A stretch of 64,000 bases of DNA from Felis catus (GCF_018350175.1 NC_058368.1:50283815-50347814), one strand, 5' to 3'. Numbered from the stretch's first letter, positions 1 to 11,689 are shown. Program-made: numbers and translations. The notes: generated by a model not told the origin, from the letters alone.

Positions 1-504
1 GAGAGATACACCTTTCTGTTTCAGCAGTGATATTCTACAGCTGAAGAGTAACAAAAAGCAAATCAGGATGTTGACATTAAAACTGCAACTATATTCTGAC
101 ATTTTCATGGGACTCCTTTTATGATGTGTAATTTTCCTAGGTTTTTTCCTGTTACGTAATTTTTTTCTAGATCTTTTTTATGGAAAGCGAATTCAATGTC
201 ACATTTATCAGTCTAGTTTCCTTGCTTAACATGAGAATCTTTGGTTTCTTAGGGTTATTCCTTAAGATACCATTGATATATCAGAGGGCCTTAGTATTCT
301 TTAGTAAAAATTTAGAGGAAAACAATTTGGAACTTTTGCCAAGGCTCTGAATCGCTGAGTTTGGACACTTCTCTGTTGTCCATGCAATGCTGGTGGTGCT
401 TTCTAGGGACTACAAATGCTCACTCTAAACCGAGTCACTGCCATGCAAGCAATACTTCCTAGTGACTCTAGGCAGAGGCTTGATCATGATATTGATCATG
501 TGTG

Positions 505-675
505 TAACTGTAACTAGTGTGACCTTGGGCAAGGTGATTGCTTTACCCTTTAAGCCTGGGTCTCCTCATCTACAAAATAACAATAATGATAAAACAGTAT
601 TTGCTTCATAAAGAGGTCATGAGGATGGAATTATCTAGCAATATACTTTGATATAATAGGTGCTCAAGAAAAAGT
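505..675 (+). mobile_element. MIR SINE fragment (inside the N relic)
   Basis: MIR core tgtgaccttgggcaag...ctcatctacaaaat...aataggtgctcaa. Confidence 0.75.
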
Positions 676-1139
676 ACTCGTGTCATTCCTGTATTAGCTA
701 AAGGGGCAGAGGGGTATAATAGGAAGACTGAAGGTAATCAGCTAAAATTTTATTCGTCCTTAAATGAGGTTCCACTGCTCCAGGAACTGAGTTAGGCAGT
801 TGAACATACATATATGGGACAAAGACAGGAAGGAAATATGGCTAAGTGGTATTTCATGCATGGTAGAATAAGAAGTGCTATTTTTTTTTCTTCCTTATAC
901 TTTTCTGTGCTTTCTGCATTTTGTACCATAAAGATGAGTTACTTTTTTAATCCTAAAATTTACATTTAAGGAATAATATGGAACTATGCTGCCCTTTGTA
1001 ATTTTTCTTCCTGTTAACCCAGCTCCAGGAACCTTTGAATTGAGTCCTTTGGAGAGATTTTGCAGGATGATATTTGCCATTGGTGTTGCAATAGGGTCCG
1101 AGATGTGGGCGACCCTCAGAAAGCTGGAAACACAGGTTG

Positions 1140-1370
1140 AGAGTCAGGCAAAGCTGGGCCTGAGTCCATCCACACTCTATCAGTAACAAGCTGTGCAGTC
1201 TTGAGAATGTTACTTCATCTCTCTGAGTCTCTTTCCTGATCTGTAAAATGAAGGTGACAATCTCCTTTGCAAGATTGTAGTGATGATTAAATCAAGTGAG
1301 AATTCCTATGTAGTGCACTTAGCATAGTCCGAACCATAAAAGTAGTCATATAATGGTGGCTATTATTATT
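1140..1370 (+). mobile_element. MIR SINE fragment (inside the N relic)
   Basis: gctgtgcagtcttgagaatgttacttcatctctctgagtctc...atctgtaaaatg...gcacttagcatagt matches the MIR core and 3' part. Confidence 0.75.
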
Positions 1371-1671
1371 CAGTGAAAGATTATTGAAGGTCAACTTCTT
1401 TTTTTTCATGAAGCAACTGAAGCATATGGAAATTACATGACTTCTCTGATATCTTCCTGATAGTAAATGACAGAATGTCAGGTTTACTAACATCAGTACG
1501 GCACTCTTTCCAGTAGACAGGTGTTTCAAAATGTGTGTTATTGAATACGATCTTCAAAATTTTTCCATATAAACATAAAACCCTGGTATTATTTGCTTAA
1601 TACTCTTCTTTATGTTTACTTAAATAACTTCTTCACTTATGTAAATTTGTTTAGAAATTGCCATTATTTTA

Positions 1672-1897
1672 TTTTATTAAAAATTTTTTTTCAACGTTTA
1701 TTTATTTATTTTGGGACAGAGAGAGACAGAGCATGAACAGGGGAGGGGCAGAGAGAGAGGGAGACACAGAATCGGAAACAGGCTCCAGGCTCCGAGCCAT
1801 CAGCCCAGAGCCTGACGCGGGGCTCGAACTCCCGGACCGCGAGATCGTGACCTGGCTGAAGTCGGACGCTTAACCGACTGCGCCACCCAGGCGCCCC
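1672..1897 (-). mobile_element. Young felid Can-SINE (SINEC_Fc type)
   Basis: tRNA-derived head ggggcgcctgggtggcgcagtcggttaagcg on the minus strand, (CT)n, A tail; TSD tgccattatttta at 1659-1671 and 1900-1912; CpGs intact. Confidence 0.97.
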
Positions 1898-3730
1898 TCT
1901 GCCATTATTTTAAATATAAATCAGTATCACTTCCCGTGTCATAAACAAAAGGTGATTATGAAATAAATTCAATAATGCAAAATAATTTTATTACATTTTA
2001 GCTAGATAGTATTAGAAGCGAGTTAAATGTCAGTTTTAAAAGCCTAGAACACTTCATGACATGAAGGAATTGGTGCCCTAATAAGTAAGAAATGAAAAAG
2101 CAGAAAGATGTTATGGTACCTGGCTGTAAGAGACTAGCCATTTGCACTTGGTTTCAGAATGGATCAGAATGGGTGATGATAATGTGCAAAGACTGGTCAT
2201 GGAGTGAGTGCATAACCAGAGTAGAATGTCATTTCTGTTTCAGAAAGGTCTGAAACCATCTCATACTACTCATCAGATTTCCTAAAAGGATATTACTTGT
2301 TTAAGAACCTACCTAGTTTATTCTAACTGATTCCTCAGCCATCTATCCCACTTTCATGTAGTTTCTGACTTTCCACGATGGTTTTATATCAGCTGTTGCT
2401 GTTACTCTTATGCTAATGCATGGAACATGAGTTTTATAGCAATGAGGCAATCCATTTTCAGTGACAGGTTGTAATGAACTGAGAGGGTTGTACTATGAAC
2501 TTTATTGTGGTGGGAGAGATGGCAGTACAACATATACATCAGTCAAATTGCCAAAAAATGTCCTTCTGCAAAAATGCCAGTTGGGGATGTAATAATGTGA
2601 CCATGTTCAGAACAGGTGGGGGTAAGGCAGGTCGGCAGAACACCTCACCAGAAGCTAAACTTCCAGAGTTTTCATCAGTAATGTGTGAGTCATTTCTCTC
2701 TGTCTCAGTCAACATTTTAGGAATGTAAATACTAAAGTACACGCGTGAGAATGGCACTATAGTTCTTGAAATGAGGAGGAAGTAAAGAAAGTCATACAAA
2801 TGACGAAGAAATTAGCAGGGAAACCCCTCTCCTTCAATGAAAAAACCTTTCTGTCCTAATTCTCCCACTTTGATTCTCTTCCTCACTTTTCTTTATGTCT
2901 TTGTGTTTTTCTCTCTGACATACTATCCTTCAATTTTTCAAGTAACTTAACTCTGACCCCTTCTAATTTCAGCTTATTATTTTTTTAAGAAGGTCTACAA
3001 AGGAGATATGTCCAGTTTGGGAAAATAAACTCTTGAGGAGATTGTAATCAAAGCACATGAAATATATGAAGAGGGTAAAGATAAAACAGGTCATCACCAA
3101 AGTCTAATATAAGATTTTTTTCTGTGAAACTTAGAAATGGTAGATAGAAGATACAGAAAAAATGTCAGGTAACTGACATTTAAGGGATCTATCCTGAGAT
3201 TTTTCAAGAGTCTTTCAAATTATAAATATCAATGAAGTATAAAATATCTCAAATAAAACTGAAGAAAATATACTGAAATATATGTGTGTTTCTTCTAGAC
3301 TGTTAATGAATCCTTACATTATAAACTGATACCAGACTATGACAGTGGATGATTGGTTGGTTGCTGAAATTAGGATGAGCAGTTTGATAAAGAAGCAGTT
3401 TGCCAACTTTTCTGTGAAGGACTTGGTGGTAAATGCGTTGATGAAGCTACTCAAACAATCTTTAATTTTATCTCTTGGGTGATGGTAATTTTCCCACCAG
3501 TTGGAACACTAGCCAGAACATTGTCATATGTTGCTTTCTTTCCATTTCTTTATTATGGATTTATTCACTTTATAGCTATGAACACTGCTGAAATAGACAT
3601 TCTTTAATTTATTGAAGAATTCTATGTTAAGCTATATTGAGTATGTGAACCATCACTTTCTTAACCTTAAAATTCTATTAACAGCACTATTATTGGCCTT
3701 TTATTTTGAGAATGACTTTTTCTGTAGGAA

Positions 3731-3731
<1 letters not shown>

Positions 3732-3767
<36 letters not shown>
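3732..3767. repeat. (TG)n microsatellite
   Basis: Pure TG run. Confidence 0.97.
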
Positions 3768-3771
<4 letters not shown>

Positions 3772-3884
3772 AAATAACATTCAGAATACTACTCTGTTGT
3801 TTCTAGAAAATTGTCCAGACCACACACATTTGTGTCTTCTGGGTCTGGTACATATTGTGGTGCAATGAATCTGAATTTCTCCAC

Positions 3885-4115
3885 ATGTCTTTTATTTGCA
3901 GATGACATAATAGCATACTTGAAAAATTCTAGAGAATCGAAGTAAAGCTAACTCAAACAATAAAAAAATTCAGCCTAGTAGCAAGATATAAAATTAATAT
4001 GCAAAAATCAATAGCAGACATGTACATGAGTAGCTAGTTAGAAGTTATACTGGGATAAAAATCCCATTTACAGTAATGACAGAAAGGTAATGCATGGAAG
4101 AATAAATTTAATAAT
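3885..4115 (+). mobile_element. Old L1 ORF2 (RT) fragment
   Basis: ttatttgcagatgacata encodes LFADDI; followed by typical L1 aaaattaatatgcaaaaatcaatagca. Confidence 0.8.
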
Positions 4116-4745
4116 AAATCATTCTGTTTTGAGAATCAAATGAGAATAGCTTGTAAAATAGGATAGTGTACTATCAATATAGCGTTAGTATACCTGGCAT
4201 TATGTTGGCTATTAGTAGATGGTGAGTCACTTGAAGACAAGAGTCATAGCTTAGCTCCGTTTTCTGCAGCGCCAACCAACACACGGGTCATGCGTTAGTA
4301 CTCCCTGTGTGTTTGTTGCAAGCAGTGGAAAGCACACAATTGATGGCCATTGGGAATTCCCAGGGAAGAGGTAGAAATGCTCCTTCCTGATTTTGTGTGG
4401 TGGCTAAGGGCTCCTGGGATGGAGCTCTGTTTATTTTGTGCATGATCCTTGCAGAAAAGTTCCATCATAGTCTCTGGGGAAAAGAATAGTGGGAGCTGGA
4501 CTGGAAGCCCCATTATCTGGGGAGCTTTGCATGCTGATGGTGGTGCTGTATTGGGTCTGCCAAGTTTGTCCACTGGGGCTCCTGGAAGGAAACTGTATGT
4601 ACATTCACAAAGCAAACATAAGGAACAAAATTATTTCTATGAAAAATTTAAAATTACCTTCCACTCTGTTAAATAGGATGACTAGTATTCAGTATCTTTC
4701 TGGCAGTTCTAGTCAACATAAAATGGGAGGAAAAAGTGATAAGCT

Positions 4746-4946
4746 GGGGCGCCTGGGTGGCTCAGTCAGTTAAGCTACCTACTTTGGCTCAGGTCATGAT
4801 CTCACAGTTCGTGAGTTTGAGCACAGGGCAGAGCCTGGAGCCTGCTTCGGATTCTGTGTCTCCGTCTCTCTCTGCCCCTCCCCGCTCACACTCTGTTTCT
4901 CTCTGTCTCTCAAAAATAAATAAATGTTAACAAAATGAAAAAAAAA
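4746..4946 (+). mobile_element. Can-SINE with internal deletion
   Basis: SINE head, (CT)n and A tail; 16-bp TSD gaaaaagtgataagct at 4730-4745 and 4947-4962. Confidence 0.95.
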
Positions 4947-5076
4947 GAAAAAGTGATAAGCTATATGTATTGTAACAAAGGAGATAACTTTTTAATGACA
5001 GGAGAATTAACTATTTTTATGAGTTAATAAAATAACTTTTATTACAGATGGTATAAAAACCATTAGAAATAAAAAG

Positions 5077-5222
5077 GTAAATATTGTAAATATAAGATCA
5101 TATTTATAAATATATTTATAAATATAAAAAGTAAATATTAGTAAATATAGTAAATATATAAATATAGTAAATATATAAATATATTTATAAATATAAAATG
5201 TAAATCGTAGTAAATATAAGAT
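5077..5222. repeat. AT-rich minisatellite (GTAAATA units) in an L1 fragment
   Basis: GTAAATA at 5077, 5086, 5131, 5141, 5150, 5167 and 5210. Confidence 0.85.
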
Positions 5223-5489
5223 TAACGTATAAAAACCAATAGCATTTCCTTATACCAGAAGTAACTTATTAGAAAATATAATAAAAAATTCTAACCCATG
5301 ATAGAAAAAGCTTGGGAATAATAAATAATAATAAATAATAAAACCCAGCAGGCTTTGAATTTGATGTCATCTGCCCCCTTTACTTTGAGACCAGATAAAG
5401 GCCCCTTGTTGCGGAAGCTGCTTCTTGGTACCAAGCCTCAGTAGCTCTAGGATCCCACCTCAGGGTGCAACCATAGACAGGCAACTCTG

Positions 5490-5700
5490 GTGGTGAGAAC
5501 ATAGTCCAGAGGGAGGCTGCCTAGATTTGAAACCCATCTACATCAAGATGTAATAGGCATATCACTGGCAAGGACAGGTCCTAATTGTTTCATCTGTTAA
5601 ATGGGGCTAATAACTCTATGTAATGGGGTTGTGAATATTCAATGAGTTACTACATATAAAGCAGCATCTGGCACATATAGTTGTGACACAAGTGTGAGTT
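5490..5700 (+). mobile_element. MIR fragment
   Basis: gcctagatttgaaaccc...tttcatctgttaaatggggctaataac...ctggcacatatag. Confidence 0.6.
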
Positions 5701-6249
5701 CCCACTAGGATCATCACTGTGTATCCTGCTTGACATCGTCCACTGTGTGGTCCTACAGAACTTAGTTCCCCTTTAAGGCCCTGCCTTAACAGTTATAATG
5801 AAGTGAATTTCATTTCCAAAATGTTAACAGGAAAAAGATGCTTACATGGCAAAGATGGGTCAGACTCCAAGTTTCAGAGGATTTAGGCATGTTCTCCTGA
5901 ATGTGCATTCTATCTTCCTACCTTACGAAACTATAAAACCTCCCCAATGGTTTCATAAAACTGTAAAAACCTTCTAATGGAGAGACATGCTATATCTCAG
6001 ATGAGATTCAATATTATGGATGTGTCAATTCTTCCCAAACTAATTTATACACTTAATTCCAGTGTAATAAACTCTCTCTGCACGTTTTTCCTAACTTAGC
6101 AAGTTCATTTTAAACTTTTATTGGAAGACTAACTGCATCAGAAAAGAAAAAACAAATTAAAAATAAAAGGAGAATAATGATGCTGTTTGCTTTACTATAA
6201 ATCTAACAAAAATACAGCTCTAGTGATAGAAGTGGTCTAGTGCTGGTAT

Positions 6250-6450
6250 CTAGTACACTATGAAATATGGTAGCTGTTAACTAGACATGGCTATTTACAT
6301 ACAAATTAATTAAAACTAAAAATTAAGATGAAAAATTTAGTTTTTCATCATACCACATTTCCAATGTTCAATAGCCACACATGGCTACTGCATCAGACAG
6401 CACAGACATAGAACATTTCCTTTCGCACAAAGAGTTCTATTGAACAGTGC
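6250..6450 (+). mobile_element. MER3-like hAT-Charlie non-autonomous DNA transposon
   Basis: atggtagc...catggctattt...atagccacacatggcta...atagaacatttcc...agttctattgaacagtgc. Confidence 0.75.
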
Positions 6451-7044
6451 AACTCCAAAAACAGATATACGATAATCTAGTATAGGATAAAGATGGCAAT
6501 TCAAATAAGTGGGCAGAAGTGGATTTTTTCAGGAAGCCATTTAATTTTTTTTCTCATTGGAAAAGTCTATGAAAAATGATAAAATATTCTGAAGCCATGA
6601 AGAAAAATAAAGCAAATAATACTACATCAAAAAGGAAACTTTCTGTAAGAAAAATATAAAGAGAATAAATGATAGATGACAACTGGGAGAATTTTGTAAC
6701 CTATTGACAAAAGGACTATTTAAAGAACTCCTGAAGATTAATTAAAAAAAAAAAAAAAAGTAAAGCTTCAGTAGGGAAGTGAATAAAGTATATCAAAGGT
6801 CAATTCAAAGGAGAAAGAATGCCATGGCTATCCAACTTATGAGTAGATGGTCAATTTCTTTAGTTAAAAAAATGCAATTAAAACAACATTGAGATACGAT
6901 TTTTTTTACCTGTCATACTGTCAAAGTTTAAGAATGAATAGACATCAGGCTTTCTCCATACTATTAAATGGAATAGAGATGGCTGCCATATGTTTGGTGA
7001 GAAATTTGGCAAGCATATAAAAATTTAAAACATGCTGACCTCTT

Positions 7045-7232
7045 TTTAAAAACTTTTAATTTTTTTATTTTAGAGAGAAAGAGGGGGGAAAGGGACATAT
7101 GGGGGAAAGGGGTGGAGGGAGAGAGGGAGAGAATCTTAAGCAGAATGCAAGCTGAGTGCAGGGAGCCCAAGGCAGGGCTCTACCCAACAACCCCGGGATC
7201 TGATGTCCAGTGGACTGAGCCACCCAGGCTCC
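7045..7232 (-). mobile_element. Older Can-SINE
   Basis: gagagaatcttaagcag...actgagccacccaggc. Confidence 0.85.
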
Positions 7233-8076
7233 TTGACACATGTTTACTTCTTTACTGGGCAATGCCACCTTACATAAAGATGTACTTGTATGTAAAGGAT
7301 TAATTGCAGGACTATTTATAATTCACTACAAATGGAAACAGTACAAATGTCTATCTGTAGTGGATTTAATTATGCCATATATATAGGGTGTATATATGTG
7401 CACATACTTATGTACATGTGTAACAAAATATGTACAAAATATGTACATGTATAACAGAAATACTACATAGCCATTAGTACAATGAGGTAACTCTGTATGT
7501 TCCAGTATGGGCAAATACCCTCAATGTACACTGAAGTAAAAAAGAAAGAGTATTACTTGTAAATAGATACCATGCATCTTATAAATTTATAATATAATTA
7601 AATAATTGCCTTACAGAATTATTTATAAATAAAGCAAAAACTATTATATAGGATATTACCAAATTTTAAAATGCATATTTCCCTCTCTCTCTTTCTCGAA
7701 CATGTATATTTTTCATATGCTTAGAAATAAGTCTGGAAGACTTAAAACTATTTATAACATGCTTTTAAAAATAAAAATATTCATATGGTAAAATGAGAGA
7801 CTAGAGCTACCAGATGCAAAGAAGACTTTCTGGGTAACCCAGGAAAGAGGGCTTAAAAGTTTTCAGAAAATAATCTACACTGGTCAGACTGAGGTAAGTA
7901 TTACATAGTAGGTAGAAAATATACTATGGAGGTCCACACGGAGGTGCAATTAATTCTAATTTAGGGGAGGTAGAATAGGGGAAGGGGTCCCAGAGGATAT
8001 TTGACTTGATTCTGAAAAGAATAGGATTTTATTGTTCCTCCTTTTTCACATCAAAGAATCAGGGGGTTAGAATAAA

Positions 8077-9316
8077 CACTTAAAACCTTGGATTGTGAGT
8101 GACCTGTTCTGCGAGTGTTCCTCAGACAAGCAAACATTTCTAATAAATATTAACTTGATAAATGAGTGATGTCTTGCAATATGAGTAGTGAGTAGTACAT
8201 GATACTCCATGTCACATGATTACAATTGAGCCAATGGTTCTTCTCTCTCTCTCTCTCTCTCTCTCTCTGCGGGATTGTGGGTGATTGCCTCCCATACTTG
8301 GATGCTCAGTCTCAGGCTGCAGTGTTTGGGAAAAATCAGTGATTTTTCATAACTTTGGAAGGTGCCCACAACTGGCACTAGTGTATTTTTGTCACTTCAA
8401 AGCTCCTATGGACTTTGCTCTTCCATACAAGAGTGAGCTTAGGAATGCTTTGCTTCTCTCTAGGTCAGGCTGCTGCAAATATCTCTTTCTTCTGTTGCCT
8501 TATTGCCAGTTACATTTAATACAGTATATGAAAAGAGTGTATTAATACCGTAGTCAACATCCGTGCGAGTGTATACAATGACCCCCCAAGTAGAAAAAGG
8601 TTGAAAAGAAAGGTGGTAAGAGGAAGGTGCTGATTACCATGGAGGTTAAGAAGGAAATCGTCAAGAAGTGTGAATGAGGTGTGTGAGTGGCTGAAATTGC
8701 ATGATTTTTTAAGAAGTTTACGTCTGCATCTCTTCCACAGAGGAGGAGGAGGCAAAGGCAGAGGAATCCCTCACTTGAAGTGAGGTTAGGGAGATGTATA
8801 AAATGTGGGAAACAGTGCAAAATTTTGTAGAAGAGCCCCGCCCGAATCAGGCTGTAGCAGTGTGAGGGATGTATCTGTTTAATGACAATGTAATGTCACA
8901 TTTTCGCAAAATCCTCAAAAGGAGGCAAAAGCAAGTGTCATTGGATAGGTTCCTTGTTAAAGTTGCACGAAAAGAAAAAGATTCCATTGAACCAATAGAT
9001 AGCAGTGATTCCGTTAGTGATAGTGAAAGGCATCCTACACAATCCTCTCTCTAATCTCCCTCACACCAGCCCACGAAGGTTTTCAAAGGAAAGTACAGGT
9101 TATTTAGTTCATTTTCCCATATATTTTGTATTTTCTTTATTATTTGGTATTATATTGCAGTATTGTAATCATTTTTATATGAATATTTTTGGGTTGTGGA
9201 ATGAATCATCTGAGTTTCCGTTATTTCTTACAGGGAAATCTGCTTTGATATACAAGTGCTTTGGATTGCAAGCATGTTTCCAGAACAAATTATGTTCACA
9301 AACCAAGGTTTGGCTG
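8077..9316 (+). mobile_element. Internally deleted Tigger/pogo (Tc1-mariner) DNA transposon
   Basis: TIR-like ends aaaccttggattgtga / tcacaaaccaaggtttggctg + TA. CENP-B-like HTH KRKVLITMEVKKEIVKKCE*GV*VAEIA* (~8620-8700) is joined to the C-terminal FNDNVMSHFRKILKRRQKQVSLDRF (8869-9054). The DDE domain is absent. Confidence 0.88.
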
Positions 9317-9329
9317 TATAGAACAATAT

Positions 9330-9590
9330 AGTGCTTGCTAACGAGTTTTGACTGTATCCTACAACTAAGCACAACTAAGCAATAGAGAACTAGTCAAGGG
9401 TTTTGAAGAGTGGTGGAGTAAGATCAGACATGTGTTCTGGAACGATAAGTTTGATGGCAGGATGAAGGATGACCTGGAGAAAGAGACTAGAGGCTCCTAG
9501 GGTATCGTGTGTTCACACCAAGAATGATGTGATCCAGAACAAAGGTATTGGGAGTGGAATGTGAAGGAGAGAGTAGGCAGGAGAGAACCT
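9330..9590 (-). mobile_element. L2 fragment
   Basis: agggttttgaag...agatcagacatgtgttctggaacgat...gagactagaggc, typical of antisense L2. Confidence 0.55.
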
Positions 9591-9599
9591 ACAGGTATC

Positions 9600-10030
9600 T
9601 GCAGAGGTTACATGTATGCCACCCACCTCACAAGATGTTTTGGCTACTCCCAGGGTATTTCACACCATCCTTCCCTGTCATGGGTTTTGTCTATTTCCCT
9701 TCTGCCAGGTTTCTCTTTCTTGAGCTGCCTGCCAGCTATTGAGGCTAATGTGCCTTTTTGAAATACCATAAGGCCTGGAAGCACTATTGACTTAAACATT
9801 AATTAATTAGTGAGGCAGCCCTCCTAAAGCAGATCCTTTTTGGCCAGGGAAAGCTAAATGTCTAAATGTAGAGTATAAATATGACTGTAGTTCACTGTAA
9901 TTGTGAAGAGTGTGAAACAATTTACCTAATGGTTTAGGGCAGGTTTAAAGTGGGTTTAATTAGCAACTCATTGCTGTGCAACTCAGTCATTTGATCAGCA
10001 TTGCCCTTGTCTTTTTAAATAAAAGGAACT
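9600..10030 (+). pseudogene. EBLM: Endogenous bornavirus-like matrix (M) relic
   Basis: LLPGYFTPSFPVMGFVYFPSARFLFL (9644-9721) ~ IVPGWPTLMLEIDFVGGTSRNQFL; NVPF (9747-9758) ~ NIPF; VRQP (9810-9821) ~ VKEP; LARE (9840-9851) ~ LPRE; NSL (9965-9973); LNK (10015-10023). All are in order against recalled BoDV-1 M. Confidence 0.7.
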
Positions 10031-10324
10031 GGAGAGTACAAACAAGGGCTCTGAAGGCTAAGTGATTCATCAGCTTCTTCTAGGCAGCACTGCTCCAGGA
10101 ATCATATGGAGATAGCTTTCTCTTCCTCTAAATTCTCTGTGCTGTCTTGTGGACTTTGTTGATAAGGAATCTGGCCAGGATTGAATGCACATGGGAAGAG
10201 AAATTGAAGATGGGCTGGTGTCTGGCCATTTTCCTTTCTGGGACTCGCCAGATCTTTAGCCCTTTACTAGGAAACTCCACGGTGATAATTTCTGCTGGAG
10301 TGACTGCCTCCCATAGCTCTTGTA

Positions 10325-10500
10325 TTCACAGAGGTTTCCTTGCATACGACACTAGGCTTGGTGCTGTATGAGGGAAGCCAAAAGATTGAGACTTATGCTG
10401 GGCCTTAGGGAGCTTGCAGTTTAAGTGATGAAATAAGACTAACAAATGGGAAACAGAGAACTCGGTGCAAAACTGTCAGAGGAGTGGCTGTCCATATTGT
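10325..10500 (-). mobile_element. Probable L2 3' end (inside the G relic)
   Basis: cactaggcttggtgctg...gccttagggagcttgcagttt resembles the antisense L2 tail. Confidence 0.45.
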
Positions 10501-10891
10501 TAACAGGGGACTAAAGACATTTTATCATCAGAGATCACATAGTCTTCAGTCTACATTTGGTTCTTGGGGTACTGGAAAACCCCTGTCTTCTCACAATGGA
10601 TTGCTCAGCCAGTATGTCACTGACCCCGGGTTGCAGCAACTGAATGAGAGAATTCCTTGTGTGATCCAAGTTGCATTCATCTTAAGGCATTTGGAAGGTG
10701 GAGAGATTGATACAGGCCGAGAAGCCTTTGATGCAAAGGTGGCACAGAAGGATGGATGTGTCAGAACAGGCAAGATCTGAGGAACTTTACATCTTCTTTA
10801 CTTTCAAGTCTAGGAATTCAGAGGCTGATGTGATGCTATTCAGGCCCTTAAAACAAAGCACAATTCTGAAGGGAGCAGGACATGCCAACAG

Positions 10892-10998
10892 TATTTGTCA
10901 ACACACACATACTGAGAAAACTGTTCTGTAATAGCTGCTGAGCCAAGCAGAGGGGAAACAGGATGAGAAAGACATGACTTCTGCCCTGGAAAAGCTTC
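10892..10998 (-). mobile_element. L2 3' end (inside the G relic)
   Basis: Minus strand aagcttttccagggcagaagtcatgtctttctcatc...ctcagtatgtgtgtgttga aligns with the L2 terminal consensus. Confidence 0.6.
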
Positions 10999-11689
10999 TT
11001 GGATGAAGGTGGAAAAAGATCAGACTTAATATCTTTATATTTCCTGCATCTGTTGGAAGACAACAGCATCCGGTACATCCGGCAAAAGGCTGTTTTCTCT
11101 ATCCAGGTGAAACTGGAGCGAAACACATGGAATGTCACTTAACTGATCAAGTCTTGCTCTCATTACCCCTTTCCCCATATTCACCAAACAACTCGAATGT
11201 TACTTTACTGCAGTGATCATGAAGTCTGAAGAATAACGGTGGGAATATATATTGATGTTTGAATACTTACATTTATAAAATGTGCTCCATTGGGAAAAAT
11301 ACTTAAATTCATCTGCATGCTTAATATTTACATGTTTAAAGAGATTCAGAATTACTATCATATTTCTACATTTATGGTGGTGAAAAAAACTGTTGTTACA
11401 ATGATTTGTTTGATTTCTGTTCATAATTCAGCAATAGTATAATCCTGAAGTCATTCATCATCTTTTTTGTATGCTCTTCTCCCAGTCTGTTTGTCCTCCT
11501 ACTTTCTACCCTGTCTCTGATCAAGGCATTCAGCACCCTTCCTGTACTCAGCAAGAATTTGAATACTGGGGCCCTTTTTGGCTTCACCCCTTCTTTTACC
11601 TGTAGATCTACTTACTGGTCCAATTATGTCTTGCCATGTTGCCTTTCCCAAGTGTGTTCTCTTCTATTACCTCTAGGTTTTAATAGCCT

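Larger units (their letters stand above)
270..2830 (+). pseudogene. EBLN: Endogenous bornavirus-like nucleoprotein (N) relic, interrupted by two MIRs and a SINE
   Basis: Collinear + strand matches to recalled BoDV-1 N: LEENNL..LPRL (312-347) ~ MEDQDL..LPKL; LPSDSRQRLDH (455-487) ~ LLDQSRRDMFH; ELSPLERFCRMIFAIGVAIGS (1037-1099) ~ [20 protein letters not shown]; HGVSA (2198-2212) ~ HGETA; ETISY..G (2252-2290) ~ EAIDW..G with the same spacing; SYAN (2406-2417) ~ SYAQ; KMSFCKNASWGCNNVTM (2555-2605) ~ PRSFPNLAS..WSKKENPTM; PEAKLPE (2648-2668) ~ PGASVKE; EISRE (2808-2822) ~ ELSGE. Many stops and frameshifts. Confidence 0.8.
5965..7770 (+). mobile_element. Old L1 (L1M-type) ORF2 3' part and 3' UTR, interrupted by MER3 and a SINE
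   Basis: aatggagagacatgc...gtcaattcttcccaaactaatttata; aaatgcaattaaaacaaca; aaatggaaacagtacaaatgtctatc. Confidence 0.7.
5827..7893 (+). pseudogene. Possible bornavirus phosphoprotein (X/P) fragments separated by an L1
   Basis: TGKRCLHGKD (5827-5856) ~ TGREQLSNDE; QERGLKSFQKIIYTGQTE (7840-7893) ~ IEAGFESLSALQVETIQTA. Position between N and M fits, but the matches are short. Confidence 0.35.
10040..11440 (+). pseudogene. EBLG: Endogenous bornavirus-like glycoprotein (G) relic with L2 insertions
   Basis: QGL*RLSDS (10043-10069) ~ QGLSCNTDS; PGII (10095-10106) ~ PGLI; NST..ASHSSCI (10273-10326) ~ NHT..AVHTSCL. One frame carries KSFLDEG (10990), YFL (11038), IRY (11068) and NVT (11131) ~ KYFLNDEG, YFL, IRY, NMT. 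LSPYSPNNSNVT (11169-11204) ~ LLPYTRSSNIT; WEY-IDV*ILTFIKCAPLG (11240-11295, 2-nt slip) ~ WVHIGLPSFAFLNPLG; MICLISV (11401-11421) ~ VLYLISL. Confidence 0.72.

Noticed and set aside
7800..7900. Host exon ending at a strong donor gag/gtaagt
   Set aside because: No acceptor, partner exons or recognisable host protein. A viral P relic is at least as plausible.
10890..11590. Minus-strand RdRp-like motifs (GRVLNALIRDR, FFS, GQKSC, VDK) with tempting spacing
   Set aside because: The motif B/C part is an L2 3' end, and the + strand fits bornavirus G/L better. It shows that isolated short matches arise by chance.
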